From: Mobula hypostoma
Lineage: Eukaryota
Assembly: GCF_963921235.1 (NCBI RefSeq)
Contig: NC_086097.1
Span: 19,532,001 to 19,596,000, forward strand
Direction: 5' to 3'
DNA: 64,000 nucleotides
This document shows positions 34,963 to 46,851 of this stretch, piece by piece. Numbering within the stretch: position 1 is the stretch's first letter; each line of letters opens with the position of its first letter. Both the position numbers and the translations under genes were made by a program. The notes under the pieces are model-generated. The model searched no databases and was not told the DNA's origin. It saw only the letters and a program-made list of their open reading frames with translations.

Positions 34963-35850
34963 ATCAGAATCAGAATCAGGTTTATTATAACCGGCATGTG
35001 ACAGAAAATTTGTTAACTTAGCAGTTCAATTCAATACATAATCTAGCAGAGAGAAAAAAATATATAAAATAAAACATAATAAATAAACAAGTAAATCAAT
35101 TACATATATTCAATAGATTATTTTTAAAAATGTGCAAAAGCAGAAATGTCCAAAGCTCCAAAGTCCATTTAGGTATGAGATGGCAGAGGGGAAGAAGCTG
35201 TTCCTGAATCGCTGAGTGTGTGCCTTCAGGCTTCTGTATCTCCTACCTGATGGTAACAGTGAGAAAAGGGCATGCCCTGGGTGCTGGAGGTCCTTAATAA
35301 TGGACGCTGCCTTTCTGAGACACCACTCCCTAAAGATATCCTGGGTATTTAGTAGGCTAGCGCCCAAGATGGAGCTGACTAGATTTACAACCTTCTGTAG
35401 CTTCTTTCGGTCCTGTGCAGTAGCCCCTCCATACCAGACAGTGATGCAGCCTGTCAGAATGCTCTCCACAGTACAACTATAGAAGTTTTTGAGTGTATTT
35501 GTTGACATGCCAAATCGCTTCAAACTCCTAATAAAGTATAGCTGCTGTCTTGCCTTCTTTATGACTACATCAACATGTTGGGACCAGGTTAGATCCTCAG
35601 AGATCTTGACAACCAGGAACTTGAAGCCGCTCACTCTCTCCACTTCTGATCCCTCTGTGAGGATTGGTATGTGTTCCTTCGTCTTACCCTTCCTGAAGTC
35701 CACTATCAGCTCTTTCGTCTTACTGATGTTGAGTGCCAGGTTGTTGCTGCGGAACCATTCCATTCGTTGGCATATCTCACTCCTGTACGCCCTCTCGTTC
35801 GTTACCACCTGAGATTCTACCAACAATGGTTGTATTGTCAGCAAATTTAG
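34963..35850 (-). mobile_element. Rex/Babar-like LINE 3' part
   Basis: 244-aa ORF nearly identical to the protein encoded at 62164-62881. Confidence 0.9.
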
Positions 35851-36284
35851 ATTAATCTTAAAGTAAGCTAAAAATTCAGCACAACATCATGGGTCAAAGG
35901 GCCTCTACACTGCCGTACTGTTCTATGTTCTATCTTCACTTGCCCTATTTCTTACCGTAGCCCCACAAGTTAATTTGCCACAATGCCAATTCAATATGGC
36001 ACCATTGCCAAATGAACTCCAACTGTCTGCCTCCATCGCCAGATGAACATTTACCAGTAAATAATACATAAACAGACAGGTCATACAAGTAGGAAAAAAA
36101 TGTGTGTCCCTCACTTCCAGACAAGTAGAGAATCTGAGGCAGAATGTGCATTTTATACTCTAACGTTCTTTATTCATTTCTTAATACTTAAGTATTTACA
36201 CTAATAATGCTTAAAACTATTAAATCAATCGATAAAACAAGTTAAAAACAAAACACACAGAAGTTTTTTGAGCTACTGGTAAAT

Positions 36285-36668
36285 GCCTCCCTCCTTCACC
36301 GTTCCCCATTCCTGATTCTCTCTCTCGACTATCTCCATATCTACTCATCATCTCCTTTCCTTTCTTCCATGTACTTCTACCCTCTCCTGTCAGGTTCCCT
36401 CATCCTCCAGCCCCTTTATCTCTTTCACCCAGCTCTTTCCTTCACCCACTCCCCCCTCCCAGTTTCACCAATCATCTGCCGCCTTGTGCTTCTTCCTCCC
36501 CTTCTTGCTCTGACTGCTCATCTCCTTTCCCAGTCCTGATGAAATGTCTCAGCCCAAGACCTTGACTGTTGATTCATTTCCATGGATGCTGCCTGAGCTG
36601 TTGAGTTCCTCCAGCATTCTGTGCTCTTTGCCCTGGATTTCCAGCATCTGCAGATCTTCTCGTGTTTG
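36285..36668 (+). mobile_element. PLE pseudo-LTR fragment
   Basis: Pyrimidine-rich body, decayed hammerhead at ~36532-36567, gatgctgcctg..gagttcctccagcat end. Confidence 0.78.
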
Positions 36669-37776
36669 TGGAATAAAACAAGTTGGTTTGGATAGTGAGA
36701 TGGCTGGCTAAATATGTAAATAATGTTGAACTATCCAGTCCCAATCTTCTTGTCCCAGACATAGGGGTTTCCTCTTGATGTTTGAACTCTCTCATGTCCC
36801 GGACATGGAGGGTACTCTCTTTACGACTGGTTCATCTCTGTGTAGATGTCACACCAGTGTCGGCTTCTAGTCCCCACCCCCCACCTCCTGGACTTATATC
36901 CTCCTTGGATAGTTATTTATTCACTTGATGAGTTTACCCTTTGCTTGATATTTCAGTCTGGACATCACTAATCAGTGCAGTTTCAGTGCTGGATTGATTA
37001 TCTGTTTGCAACTTATCAGCAATAAGTGTCTTCATCTGTCTGTCCACTGATGCGATCACTGACTGTTCCTCCGACTGTCCTGTCAGACCATTGGCTTAAT
37101 CACATACTGTTCCCAAACACTTCCCTTCACAAAATGTTTTGTGTCATTGTCCCATTTACTATGTTGCCTTCCCAGCCCAATTGGGTTTAGCTCTGAGGCT
37201 CAACTCACACCTGATTGGGTGCAGAATGGGGCACTGCCCCTCCATTCACAAATCTATAATCTGGAAGTACCAGGCTACATCCCCACCATACACTTCCTGT
37301 CAACTCTTTGACCACTCGACCACTGTTTGGTGCTAACAACAGAAAACTAAAATAAATAAATAGATTTGTATCATTGTGAAGCAAGTTCATTCACCATGTT
37401 GTAAGGTCATATATGAGCAGGGTGAACCATTCAACATAGTTAACCAGGAACACCATCTAACGTATTGTGCAATCTCCTAGCCAAACACTATCAAGATAAA
37501 TTTATTAATTATGAAGAAAATCTCAGACTGAGAGAGTACATAAATAATTAAAACAGTTGGAGCACAGAGGTGGTATGTTGGGCATATATCTTTTCCCTGA
37601 GGACAAAATCTCCTATGTTGCAATTCCCACATGTGTAGTAGCCCTGGTAACCCACAGATAACCTATCCCGCAACTTAGTCTGGATCTAACCTGGATCCAC
37701 AACACCTGCTTGCTAGTCAAGAAGACACTGCAATGTCTACACTTTCTGAGGAGATTGAGACAGGCAAGGCTCCCTG

Positions 37777-38148
37777 CCTCCAACCTGATGGCATGAACAT
37801 TGACTTCTCTAACTTCCGTTAATGCCCCACCTCCCCCTCGTACCCTATCCGTTATTGCTCATCCTCTGGGCTTACCCCCTCCCCCTTTCTTTCTCCCTAG
37901 GCCTCCCGTCCCATGATCCTCTCATATCCCTTTTGCCAATCACCTGTCCAGCTCTTGGCTCCATCCCTCCCCCTCCTGTCTTCTCCTATCATTTTGTATC
38001 TCCCCCTCCCCCTCCAACTTTCAAATCTCTTATTATCTCTTCTTTCAGTTAGTCCTGACGAAGGGTTTTGGTCCAAAACTTCGACTGTACCTCTTCCTAT
38101 AGATGCTGCCTGGCCTGCTGCGTTCACCAAAAACTTTTATGTGTGCTG
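37777..38148 (+). mobile_element. PLE 3' end / pseudo-LTR
   Basis: Colinear with 31620-32061; mutated hammerhead at 38051-38086. Confidence 0.85.
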
Positions 38149-38313
38149 CCCCCATTCTAATAGCTTTCTAGAGGAGCACCATCGACAGTGCCTTGTCCGG
38201 CTGCATAATTGTGTGGTAGTGAAGCTGCAAGACCCTACAGAGGACAGTAAAGACCACGGGGAGGATCCCCACGGTCCTCCCCCTTATTTGTGACATTTAC
38301 CAAAAGCATTGCA

Positions 38314-38505
38314 GGTGTATGGGGTGTCAGGGAGGGGTAGCACCTCTGGTGGGGGAACATGTCGCGTCCTTTTCAGGGCGGTTAGTCCACCTTTGGTCCC
38401 CACCTAGTACTCAGCTCTCACCTGTGGCTCCCCGTAGCTGTTTGCATGTGACAGCGGCCACACACCGGGCAACGGCTTCGACAAGCCGGCTAAACCAGGT
38501 GAGGG
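38314..38505 (+). ncRNA. HDV-like (nested double pseudoknot) ribozyme candidate
   Basis: P1 GGUGUAU/ACACACC, P2 CUCUCACCUG/CAGGUGAGGG, P3 GGC/GCC, L3 UCCCCGU, GG-GCAA, P4 CGGCUU/AAGCCG, J4/2 GCUAA. Confidence 0.72.
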
Positions 38506-38874
38506 TAGCCGACGGGTCTCAAACCCTCGGCGAGATAGGGAGTTGTCTATCCCAGCATGTGAAGACAGACTCCGGCAGATTGAGCGGACGAGACCAATGG
38601 AAGGTCCAACAGTCAAGGCGGCGGTCTCTGCAAGCGTCGTGGAATGTGTAGAACAGGACAAGACACAGAAGATGTCCTGGTCATCCACTGCGCCTAGTCC
38701 CATCTCCAGCCGTCTGGACTCTGTCTTGCCACTGGATCCAGATGGGAATTGGGAAGAGAGAGTGAGGCTGACGCTGCGCAACTCTCCCTCACTTAAATCC
38801 AAATCAAGCGCTAGTCTCAACACCATCATAATGGTGTCGAGGTCCTCATCGACGTCAACGATGGACGAACAAAC
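38314..38874 (+). mobile_element. ~560-bp non-coding retroelement starting with an HDV-like ribozyme
   Basis: CpG-rich insertion flanked by tgcaggt at 38310-38316 and 38875-38881 (TSD plus microhomology). Confidence 0.75.
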
Positions 38875-39421
38875 TGCAGGTAAAGGGCCAAAAGCATTGT
38901 TGAGGATCCCTATCATTCATCATCCCACAATCTCTTTGACCCAGTACCATCAGGAAGGAGGTACAGGAGCATCAGGACTAGGACTGCCAGATGGGGTAAC
39001 AGCTTCTTCCCTCAGGCTGTGAGACTGATGAATACCGTGCCACCATCAAAGTCCAGCCATTGGGACAGCAAACTGTTTACTGTTTACCTGTGCTGCACTT
39101 CAGTATGTGCATTTTGAATTATATTTTATTAATTTATTTATTGTGTAATATTTTGCTATATATGCTGTGTATGATATATGTTGTGGGTGTACCATGGTTC
39201 GGAAGAACCTTGATTCATTTGGCAGTATACATGTACAGTCAGATGACAATAAACTTGAACTTGGTCTTGATAATTGCTGGGGTTGACAGAGATTCTAAAA
39301 ATACACTTACCATATATTCAGAATCAGGTTTATTATCACTGACATCGGTCATGACGTTTGTTGTTTTGTGGCAGCAGTACAGTACAGTGCAATACATTAA
39401 CAATTCACTAAGACTTACAAT

Positions 39422-40044
39422 TTAGATTATGAGGACACGCAGTCCTCTTTTATTGTCATTTAGTAATGCATGCATTAAGAAATGATACAATATTCCTCCA
39501 GTGTGATATCACAGAAACACAGGACAGACCAAGACTGAAAACTGACAAAAACCACATAATTATAACATACAGTTACAACAGTGCAACAATACCATAACTT
39601 GATGAAGAACAGGCCATGGTCACAGTAAAAAAGTTCAAAGTCTCTCGAAAGTCCCACATCTCACGCAGACGGAAGAAGGAAGAAAACTCTCCCTGCCATG
39701 CCCAACCACAGTCCGACTCTGAGTCGTCTGAAAACTTCGAGCTCCGATCAGCCCTCCGACACCGAGCACCGAGCGCCATCTCTGCTGAACTCTTCAGCTG
39801 CAGCCTCAGTCACCAGCAGCAGGCAAAGCCGGGGATTTTGGGGCCTTCCCTCCAGAGATTCTCGATCGCACAGTAACAGTGGCAGCAAACCGGGCATTTC
39901 AGAAATTTCTCCAGATGTTCCTCTGTGCCTTCTCACATCTGTCCCCATCAAATCAGAATTGTGCACGGCGTCCTACTTACAAATACGATATCATTTCACC
40001 GGAGAGCTGTGCGTGCTGTGTCGCGCCGCCATCTTCTCCTCCCG
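39422..40044 (-). mobile_element. ~620-bp non-autonomous retroelement, copy 2
   Basis: Reverse-complement match to 15013-15630; starts cgggaggagAAGATGGCGGCG. Confidence 0.85.
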
Positions 40045-40540
40045 TTAAAAATTAAACATAAATAGAGGAACAGTGAGGAAATGTTCATGAACCAGTCAGA
40101 AATCTGTTAGCAGAATCTATTACTAAAATGTTGCATGTGGGTCTTCCATTTCTGTACCTCCTCCCTGACGGTAGTAACAAGATGAGGGAATGGTCTGGGT
40201 GGTGAGGGTGCTCAATGACAGATGTTGCCTTTTTGAGGCACTGTTTTTTGAAAAGGTCCTCAATAGAGGGGAGGCTTCTGCCCGTGATGGCGCTGGTTGA
40301 GTCTACAATCCTCTGCAGACTTGTCTTGACTTGGCCATTGGAAGAAAAATAAGAACAAGTGTTTGTCTCTCAGTGGAAGGGAGTTCAGTGGGCTATCTGG
40401 GAACAGAATCACCTGGACCATTGTGAACATGTGCTAAGTGATGACTTCTTTTGTCAAGGGTATTTATCTGAACTGAAGGTGGAATTACTTACAACTTGTC
40501 AGGTTTCCCTGGCCTCAATGGAACCAATAGCACTTCTATA

Positions 40541-40745
40541 GTTTGAGCCTGATGGTTTGATCCTAATGGTTTGAGTCAGATAGTTTGACCCTGATGGTTT
40601 GAGCCTGATGGTTTGTCAGATGGTTTGACCCTGATGGTTTGAGCCTGATGGTTTGTCAGATGGTTTGACCCTGATGGTTTGAGCCTGATGATTTGACCCT
40701 GATGTTTTGACCTTGATGGTTTGAGTCTGACGGTTTGACCCTGAT
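40541..40745. repeat. 14-bp minisatellite (GTTTGASCCTGATG)
   Basis: About 15 units, including two 12-bp variants gtttgtcagatg. Confidence 0.92.
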
Positions 40746-40771
40746 TATTGTGGTTCAGTTTGGCAGTGTGT

Positions 40772-41050
40772 TGTGGCTCCACGGTAGCAAAGCAGTTAGC
40801 GTGAAGCTATTACACTCGGGGTGTCAGAGTTTGGAATTCAGTTTTGATGTCATCTGTAAGAAGTCTGTACCCTCCCCATAGAATGTGTGGATTTACTCCG
40901 GATGCTTCAGTTTCCTCTGCCAGTCCAAAGATGACTGGTGAGTTAATTGGTCATTGTAAATGGTCCCGTGATTAAGCTTAGGTCAAATAGGGGAATGCTG
41001 GGTGGTGCAGCTCAAAGGGTCTACTCCACGCTGTATCTCAATAAATAAAC
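40772..41050 (+). mobile_element. SINE (V-SINE/HE1-like)
   Basis: Head ggctccacggtagcaaagcagttagc; colinear with 8845-9100. Confidence 0.72.
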
Positions 41051-41457
41051 TCACATCATTTCAATGCTACCGTTTTACATACAGGTCACAGGACACCCTC
41101 CCTTCCAACATTTGCTTCAGTGGTATCAGCCCTCTATTCTCTTGGCCAAACATATTCTGCAAAAGATGCACGACATTGAGTCTTGTCACACCAGTACTGA
41201 ATATCCGTGAACTTAAGGGTCTAGAGCCAAGGACTAGAAGCCTTGTGGTGCCCTGTCCTGGAGTTGGAGGCCTGTTTCATTTTGTTGTGCTGTTGTTCTG
41301 TTACTGTTTGTGTTGTTATGCTGAAAACTGTGGACTTGCTATGTTGTTGCTGGAATATATGACGACACTTGTGGGCTGCCCCCAGCACATCCTTGGGTGT
41401 GTTAGCATTAACACAAATGATGAATTGTATGTAATTTTCGAGGTACTTTTAAACTGT

Positions 41458-41957
41458 TACAGGAGGTACCTAATAAAGTGGCCACTGAGAGTATGTTCGT
41501 AGTCTTCTGTTACTGAAACCCATCCACTTCAAGGTTTGACTTGTGCATTCAGAGAAGCTCTTCTGTTGTAATGTGTGGGTTTTTGAAATAGTGTCGCCTT
41601 CCTGTCAACTTGAACTAGTCTGACCATTCTCCTCTCACCTCTCTCATTAAAAGGGTGTTTTTGTCCATAGAACTGCTGTTCACTGGATGGTTTTTTTCTG
41701 TTTTTAACACCATTCTCTGTAAGAGAAAGTTTGTGTGTGAAAATCCCAGGAGATCAGCAGTTTCTGAGATAGTCAAACCACCCAGTCTGGCACCAACAAT
41801 CATTCCACGGTCAAAGTCAATTAGATCACATTTCTTCCCCATTCTGATGTTTGGTCTGAACAAAAACTGAACCTCTTGACCATGTCTGCCTACATTGAGT
41901 TGCTGCCACACAATTGGCTGATTAGATATTTGTATTAATGAGCTGTGCTACAGGTGT
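41458..41957 (-). mobile_element. Tc1/mariner non-autonomous remnant
   Basis: MGKKCDLIDFDRGMIVGARLGGLTISETADLLGFSHT (Tc1 N-terminal HTH); second copy at ~63140-63611. Confidence 0.85.
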
Positions 41958-42379
41958 TCACAGAGTATACACGTGGTGAATAAATCTGAATGTTTCCACC
42001 TTTCATTTACATTTACATTGCAATCTGCATTCTTTGTTTGTTTATGCTGCAACTAATGTTACTGATGAGAGTGAACTAAAATAGATGCTTCCAAGTTTGG
42101 AATTGTGCATCTACCTGAGTTAAACAAGTGGTGGAGCCCTATGGGTTTTCTTTCTTGATATTTGATTATTATTGGTTATTAGTGGCTTTGCACCTGTTAT
42201 ATTCTTTGTATCTTCCACTTCTTACAATCTTCTACCTGCATCTACAGTAGTGCAAGTCAAGTATCACGGGTACACCCAATAAAGCTGGGAAGGCAACACA
42301 GTCACAGACACAACCCTCTCCACCATCAAGAACAGCTTCAAGAGGTGTTGGCTCAAGAAGGCAGCATCCATTCCTAAAG

Positions 42380-42903
42380 ACCATAACACATAGGAGCAGA
42401 ATTAGGCTATTCAGCACATCAAGGCTGCTCCATCATTTCATCGCCGTCGATTTATTATCTCTCTTAACCCCATTCCTTCTGCCTCCTCCCCATAACCTTT
42501 GACACCCTTACTAATCAAGAACCTATCGACCTCTACATTAAATATACCCAATGATTTGTCCTCCACAGTTGCCTGTGGCAATGAATTCCACAGATTCCCC
42601 ACCTTCTGGCTGAAGAAATTCCACCTTACCTCTGTTCTAAAGGGATGTCCTTCCATTCTGCAGCTTTGCTGTCTAGTCCTAGACTAGAGAAATCCTCACC
42701 GCATCCACATTATTTTGGCCTTTCAATATTTGATAGGTTTCAATGAGATCCCCTATCAGTCTTGGAAACTCCCAGAGCCATCAAACACTCCTTATACATT
42801 AACCCTTTCATTCCTGGGATAATTCTTGTGAACCTCCTCTAGACCCTCTCCAATGTCAACACATCCTTTCTTAGATAAGGGGCCCAAACCACTCACAATA
42901 CTC
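42380..42903 (-). mobile_element. CR1 3' fragment
   Basis: PFRTEVR.NFFSQKV.NLWNSLP. Confidence 0.85.
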
Positions 42904-43483
42904 CATCTTCCTTTGTACTTTTATTTTAATTTTGCGAATGTATATTAATTTTGTCTTGCTGTATCTTAATGTATATTAATTTTGTACTGCTGTCATAAAG
43001 CAACAAATTTCAGAGTAAGCCAGTGATAATACACCTGATTCTAATTCTGACACCAAACAAGGGAAAGCCACAAGGTTAGAAAGATTAAGTCAGTGGACTG
43101 ACAAGACAACCAAAGGAGCAATCTGTGATCACATTAGTGGAGAGACAGATGAAGACATTTAGTACTAGTAAGTTACAAACAGATAATCAATCCAGCACTG
43201 AAACTGCACTGATTAGTGACATCCAGACTAAGATATCAAGCAAAGGTTAAATTCATCAAGCAAATAATCATCTCTCCAAGGAGGATATAAGATGGGACTG
43301 TATAGCCACACTGCTGCGACATCTCCAGGAATTCAATCTGCTCTGTCTTGGACGCAAAGGATAGACCATCAAGGGTCTAGAGGAAGCCCACACATCAGGG
43401 ACAAGGACATCCGCTCTGTGTATCCAACCAGTCATCTTGTACATCTTCTACAGGTAATGTCCAAACTAGCTTGTTTTATTGTA

Positions 43484-43697
43484 CAACACACATGAAATGC
43501 TGGAAGAACTCAGCAGATCAGGCAGAATCTATGGAGGGAAATGAACAGTTGACATTTTGGACCAAAGTCCAACTGAAGGGTCTCAGCCCAAAACATTGTC
43601 TCTTCATTTCTCTCCACAGATGCTGCCTGGTCTGCAGAGTTCCTCCACCATTTTGTGTGTGTGTTGCTCAAGATTTCCAGCACCTGCAGAATCTCCT
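43484..43697. mobile_element. Inverted pair of PLE pseudo-LTR ends
   Basis: gaactcagcagatcaggcagaatct...agatgctgcctggtctgcagagttc inverted arms. Confidence 0.8.
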
Positions 43698-44224
43698 GCA
43701 TCAATAACTTGTTTTATTGGAAGTTTTATTAGGATTAAATGGTATTGGTGAGTGCACCTGTGCACTAAGAAGTGAATTAAGAAAGTTGGAGCATACAATG
43801 TTTATTCTGCCTCAGACGCTCTATCTGTACTGAGTGTTGCCACAGGAAACACATGTGACTCCCTCCTCCCTCCCTCAGAGCTATCAAACTGTGGCTTCGC
43901 TGCTTCCTGCATCTAACACATTGTGGCAGGAGCTGAAATGCTCTAAGGCTGGAGCAGGTAGATGAGTTACAGAATTATCGAAAATGTGTTAAACTAAGTA
44001 AGCCAAATATCTACAGTAACTGCAAAGAGTCCAACCCTGTCTCCACACCCTGCTCAATCTTCTCTGATGGGATGTAAAATTGAGGATTAACCTACCTTAC
44101 TGCTCAAAGAAGAACGAGTGTCTTGGAGTCTTGGAGTGACCAACCACAGTATTCTAGAAGGCAATAAATATGCAGTATGTGAAATATTTGTGCCAGATGA
44201 TAGATTTCCTATTCCACGGTTATG

Positions 44225-44545
44225 TCCATAAGAGATAGGATTAGATGTAGGCAATTTGGCCCATTGAATTTGCTCCACCGTCCAAAAGGATTTGATATTT
44301 TTTCCAACCCCATTCTCTACCTTCTCCCTTAATCCCTGCACCTATCAATCTTTTCCCGAAATACTCTAGTGACTTGATCTCCACAGCCATCTGTGGCAAT
44401 GAATTTCTCAGACTCACCATTCTCAACTGAAGAAATTCCTCATTATTTCAGTCTCCGTTTTAAAGGGACACCCCTTTGTTCTGAGATTGCACCTTCAGAT
44501 CCCAGACTCCCCACTAATGGAAACACCCTCTCCATGTCCACTCGA
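44225..44545 (-). mobile_element. CR1 3' fragment
   Basis: Similar to 42380-42700. Confidence 0.72.
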
Positions 44546-44871
44546 ACAAGTCACACATGACTATGTGGCTGGGCATAGCTCAGATACCATCTATAAATTT
44601 GCTGGCATTACAACCATTGCTGGTAGAATCTCAGGTGGTGTCGAGAGGGCGTACAGGCTTCAGTAAAAACTACAGGAGAAAAGTGCAGTGAAAATAAGCA
44701 ATAAAGTGCAAGTTCGTAACAAGGTAGACTGAGGCTGAGTCAATCTGATCGAACGAGAGGCCCATTCAGGAGAGGTAACAGCAAATTACAGCTATCCCTG
44801 CGGCCTCAAATGGGGCTTGCCTTTGCTTTGTAACTACCTGACCACCCTCTGAACAATGTTATACTGCAAGT

Positions 44872-44902
<31 letters not shown>

Positions 44903-44925
44903 CTTTCTCTCTCGTTCTCTCTCTC
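44872..44925. repeat. (CT)n microsatellite
   Basis: Directly visible, with two interruptions. Confidence 0.95.
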
Positions 44926-45073
44926 CCATCTCACTCACTTCTCTCCAAATATACAGGAATTCCTGTTTCCCTGCGAACAACCTGGAGATTTCAGGATCTT
45001 CTATATTATGCAACATATCAGAATGAACCTCTACAGGTGCCATTTCCTCTTTTTCCAGACATTCTTAGCAAAT

Positions 45074-45610
45074 GGTTCCTTAAGGTTGTTATAGCCAGGG
45101 GTGGTTGTGGGGATCAGTTCCCACTACCTATAAATGCTCCCAATGGCATGCATCTCAAATAGCCACTGAAAACCAAGTCAGAGGCTCCTGGCCTTCACAT
45201 GTGGCTTAGCAACTAAAACTGACAGGAGAAGGGGGAAAGGCTTCAAAACCAGTCACTTCGGACAGACAATTCTCATCTCAAAGAAAAATTCTGATCTCAA
45301 CCCTTCACTACCTTATGACTACACCCACTCTTGCTGAAGATTTCAGGAGTAAATGCTGAGGAAAAATCCAGAGCTGGAGTCCCTAAGGCAGACCAACATT
45401 GAATTCAACGCTGACTGGCAGCTCCTGCAATGCTGCTGCTGCCAAACTGTATCGATCTCTGCCGTTCCTTTGGATTCATCCGCTGCATGGAGAGGGGGTG
45501 TCTGCTGCATGGGCAACAGCTTGCTCTCCACCCGTGCTCTCCTGGCATGCATATCATGTAGACAGCTAGGACGCAATATCCATGGATGATCCTGACCAAC
45601 AGAAGGCCTC
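45074..45610 (+). mobile_element. Non-coding retroelement family (probably RTE-related), copy 2
   Basis: Same 5' end as 1852; extends further 3'. Confidence 0.72.
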
Positions 45611-46550
45611 CTCTTGGCAAATTGCACAGTCCATGAGATGGACAATCATTGCAATTGGAATTGGTTTATTATTGTCATTTGCACAGAGATACAGTGAAAT
45701 CCTTGTAACGTAGAACACAGTAACACAATAACAAGTTTCAATAATGCAGAATAAAGTGCAGCACAGGTGGACAATAAGGTGAAAATCACAATGAGGAAGA
45801 TTGTGAGCTACAGATGTCTCAAGACCAGTGAGGTGCTGGCTGTACAGGGAGCACCTGAACAGAAGGTTCCCTCTCACTGGCAGCCAAGAGAGGTCCTGTT
45901 GCTTGTTTATAAACTCTGATGATAAACGGAGATACTGCTGAACATCTGAGTGCCAGTATTGGCATTGGTTTTGGCTTATTATTGTCGCACTTACCGGATA
46001 CAGTGAAAAGCTTGTCTCGCATTTTGCTCATACAGGGTCAATCCATTACACAGCACAGTGAGCTAGAATAAGTTAATACAATAACAATGTACCATAAGGG
46101 TAAAAGATCCAGAAAAAAAGTGCAGTGCAAGTAAACGATAACGTGCAAGAACATAACGAGGTAGAATGTAAGGTCAAGAATCCATCTCACTCTATAAGAG
46201 GTCCACACAAGAGTCTGGTTACAGCAAGATAAGAAGCTCCTCTCACTACCTCCTTCTCTCACAGCATCTGCAGGATATTCTATGCTGACCACTGCCTGAC
46301 AGGCTTGTGCTCATAGGTGCTTTAAGGACAGGTCCAACTGAATGGAACATGGCGTAGTACTGAGGCCCTCGTAACACTGGGGAATGGTAGGACCTCAGCG
46401 GGGAATGACATCATATTCTGCTGGATGATCATCAACTTGGTGAAAATCACACTTTGGACTTCACAGAATGCTGATAACCCCACTTAGCACTGGAAATCCC
46501 ACTACAATCCTCGTAATGTGTTGGTCGTTGATGTGCTTTAATGTACAGTA

Positions 46551-46813
46551 GGAAAGGAAAGGTACGTCGCATCCGGAGTTTCTCCGGTTAGCGGACGATT
46601 TCCCTCCACGCCTCTCTGACGTAGTGGGGAACCGTGTACGAGGCAAGTTACAGCAGTGGTTTGCCATTGCCTTCTGTCGGGTGAGTTTCCAAAGAGATCA
46701 CCAGCTCGTAACCCAGCACGGATGGAAAGCGTGCAGGGGAGCCGGCTGGATTCGAACTTGGGACCTTTCGTCCCAAAGTCCGACGCTGATGCCTCTATGC
46801 CACCAGCCGGGTC
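46551..46813 (-). mobile_element. tRNA(Pro-like)-headed SINE with RTE-type body
   Basis: A-box tggcatagagg, anticodon-like loop tttggga, B-box gttcgaatcc, gaaggcaatggcaaaccact motif; TSD taatg(t/c)acagta at 46539-46550 and 46814-46825. Confidence 0.88.
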
Positions 46814-46851
46814 TAATGCACAGTACATGTGACAAATAAAACTAACCTTAT

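Larger units (their letters stand above)
38165..39262 (+). mobile_element. Rex/Babar-like LINE 3' remnant interrupted at 38314-38874
   Basis: ccatcaggaaggaggtacaggagcatc..aacagcttcttccc; tail gacaataaacttgaacttg. Confidence 0.7.

Noticed and set aside
38404..39022. Overlapping 170-aa and 159-aa ORFs
   Set aside because: They span insertion boundaries, lack domains, and the region is better explained as a structured non-coding element.
46735..46810. Functional tRNA-Pro gene
   Set aside because: Acceptor stem does not close, there is no pol III terminator, and it is the head of a TSD-flanked SINE.
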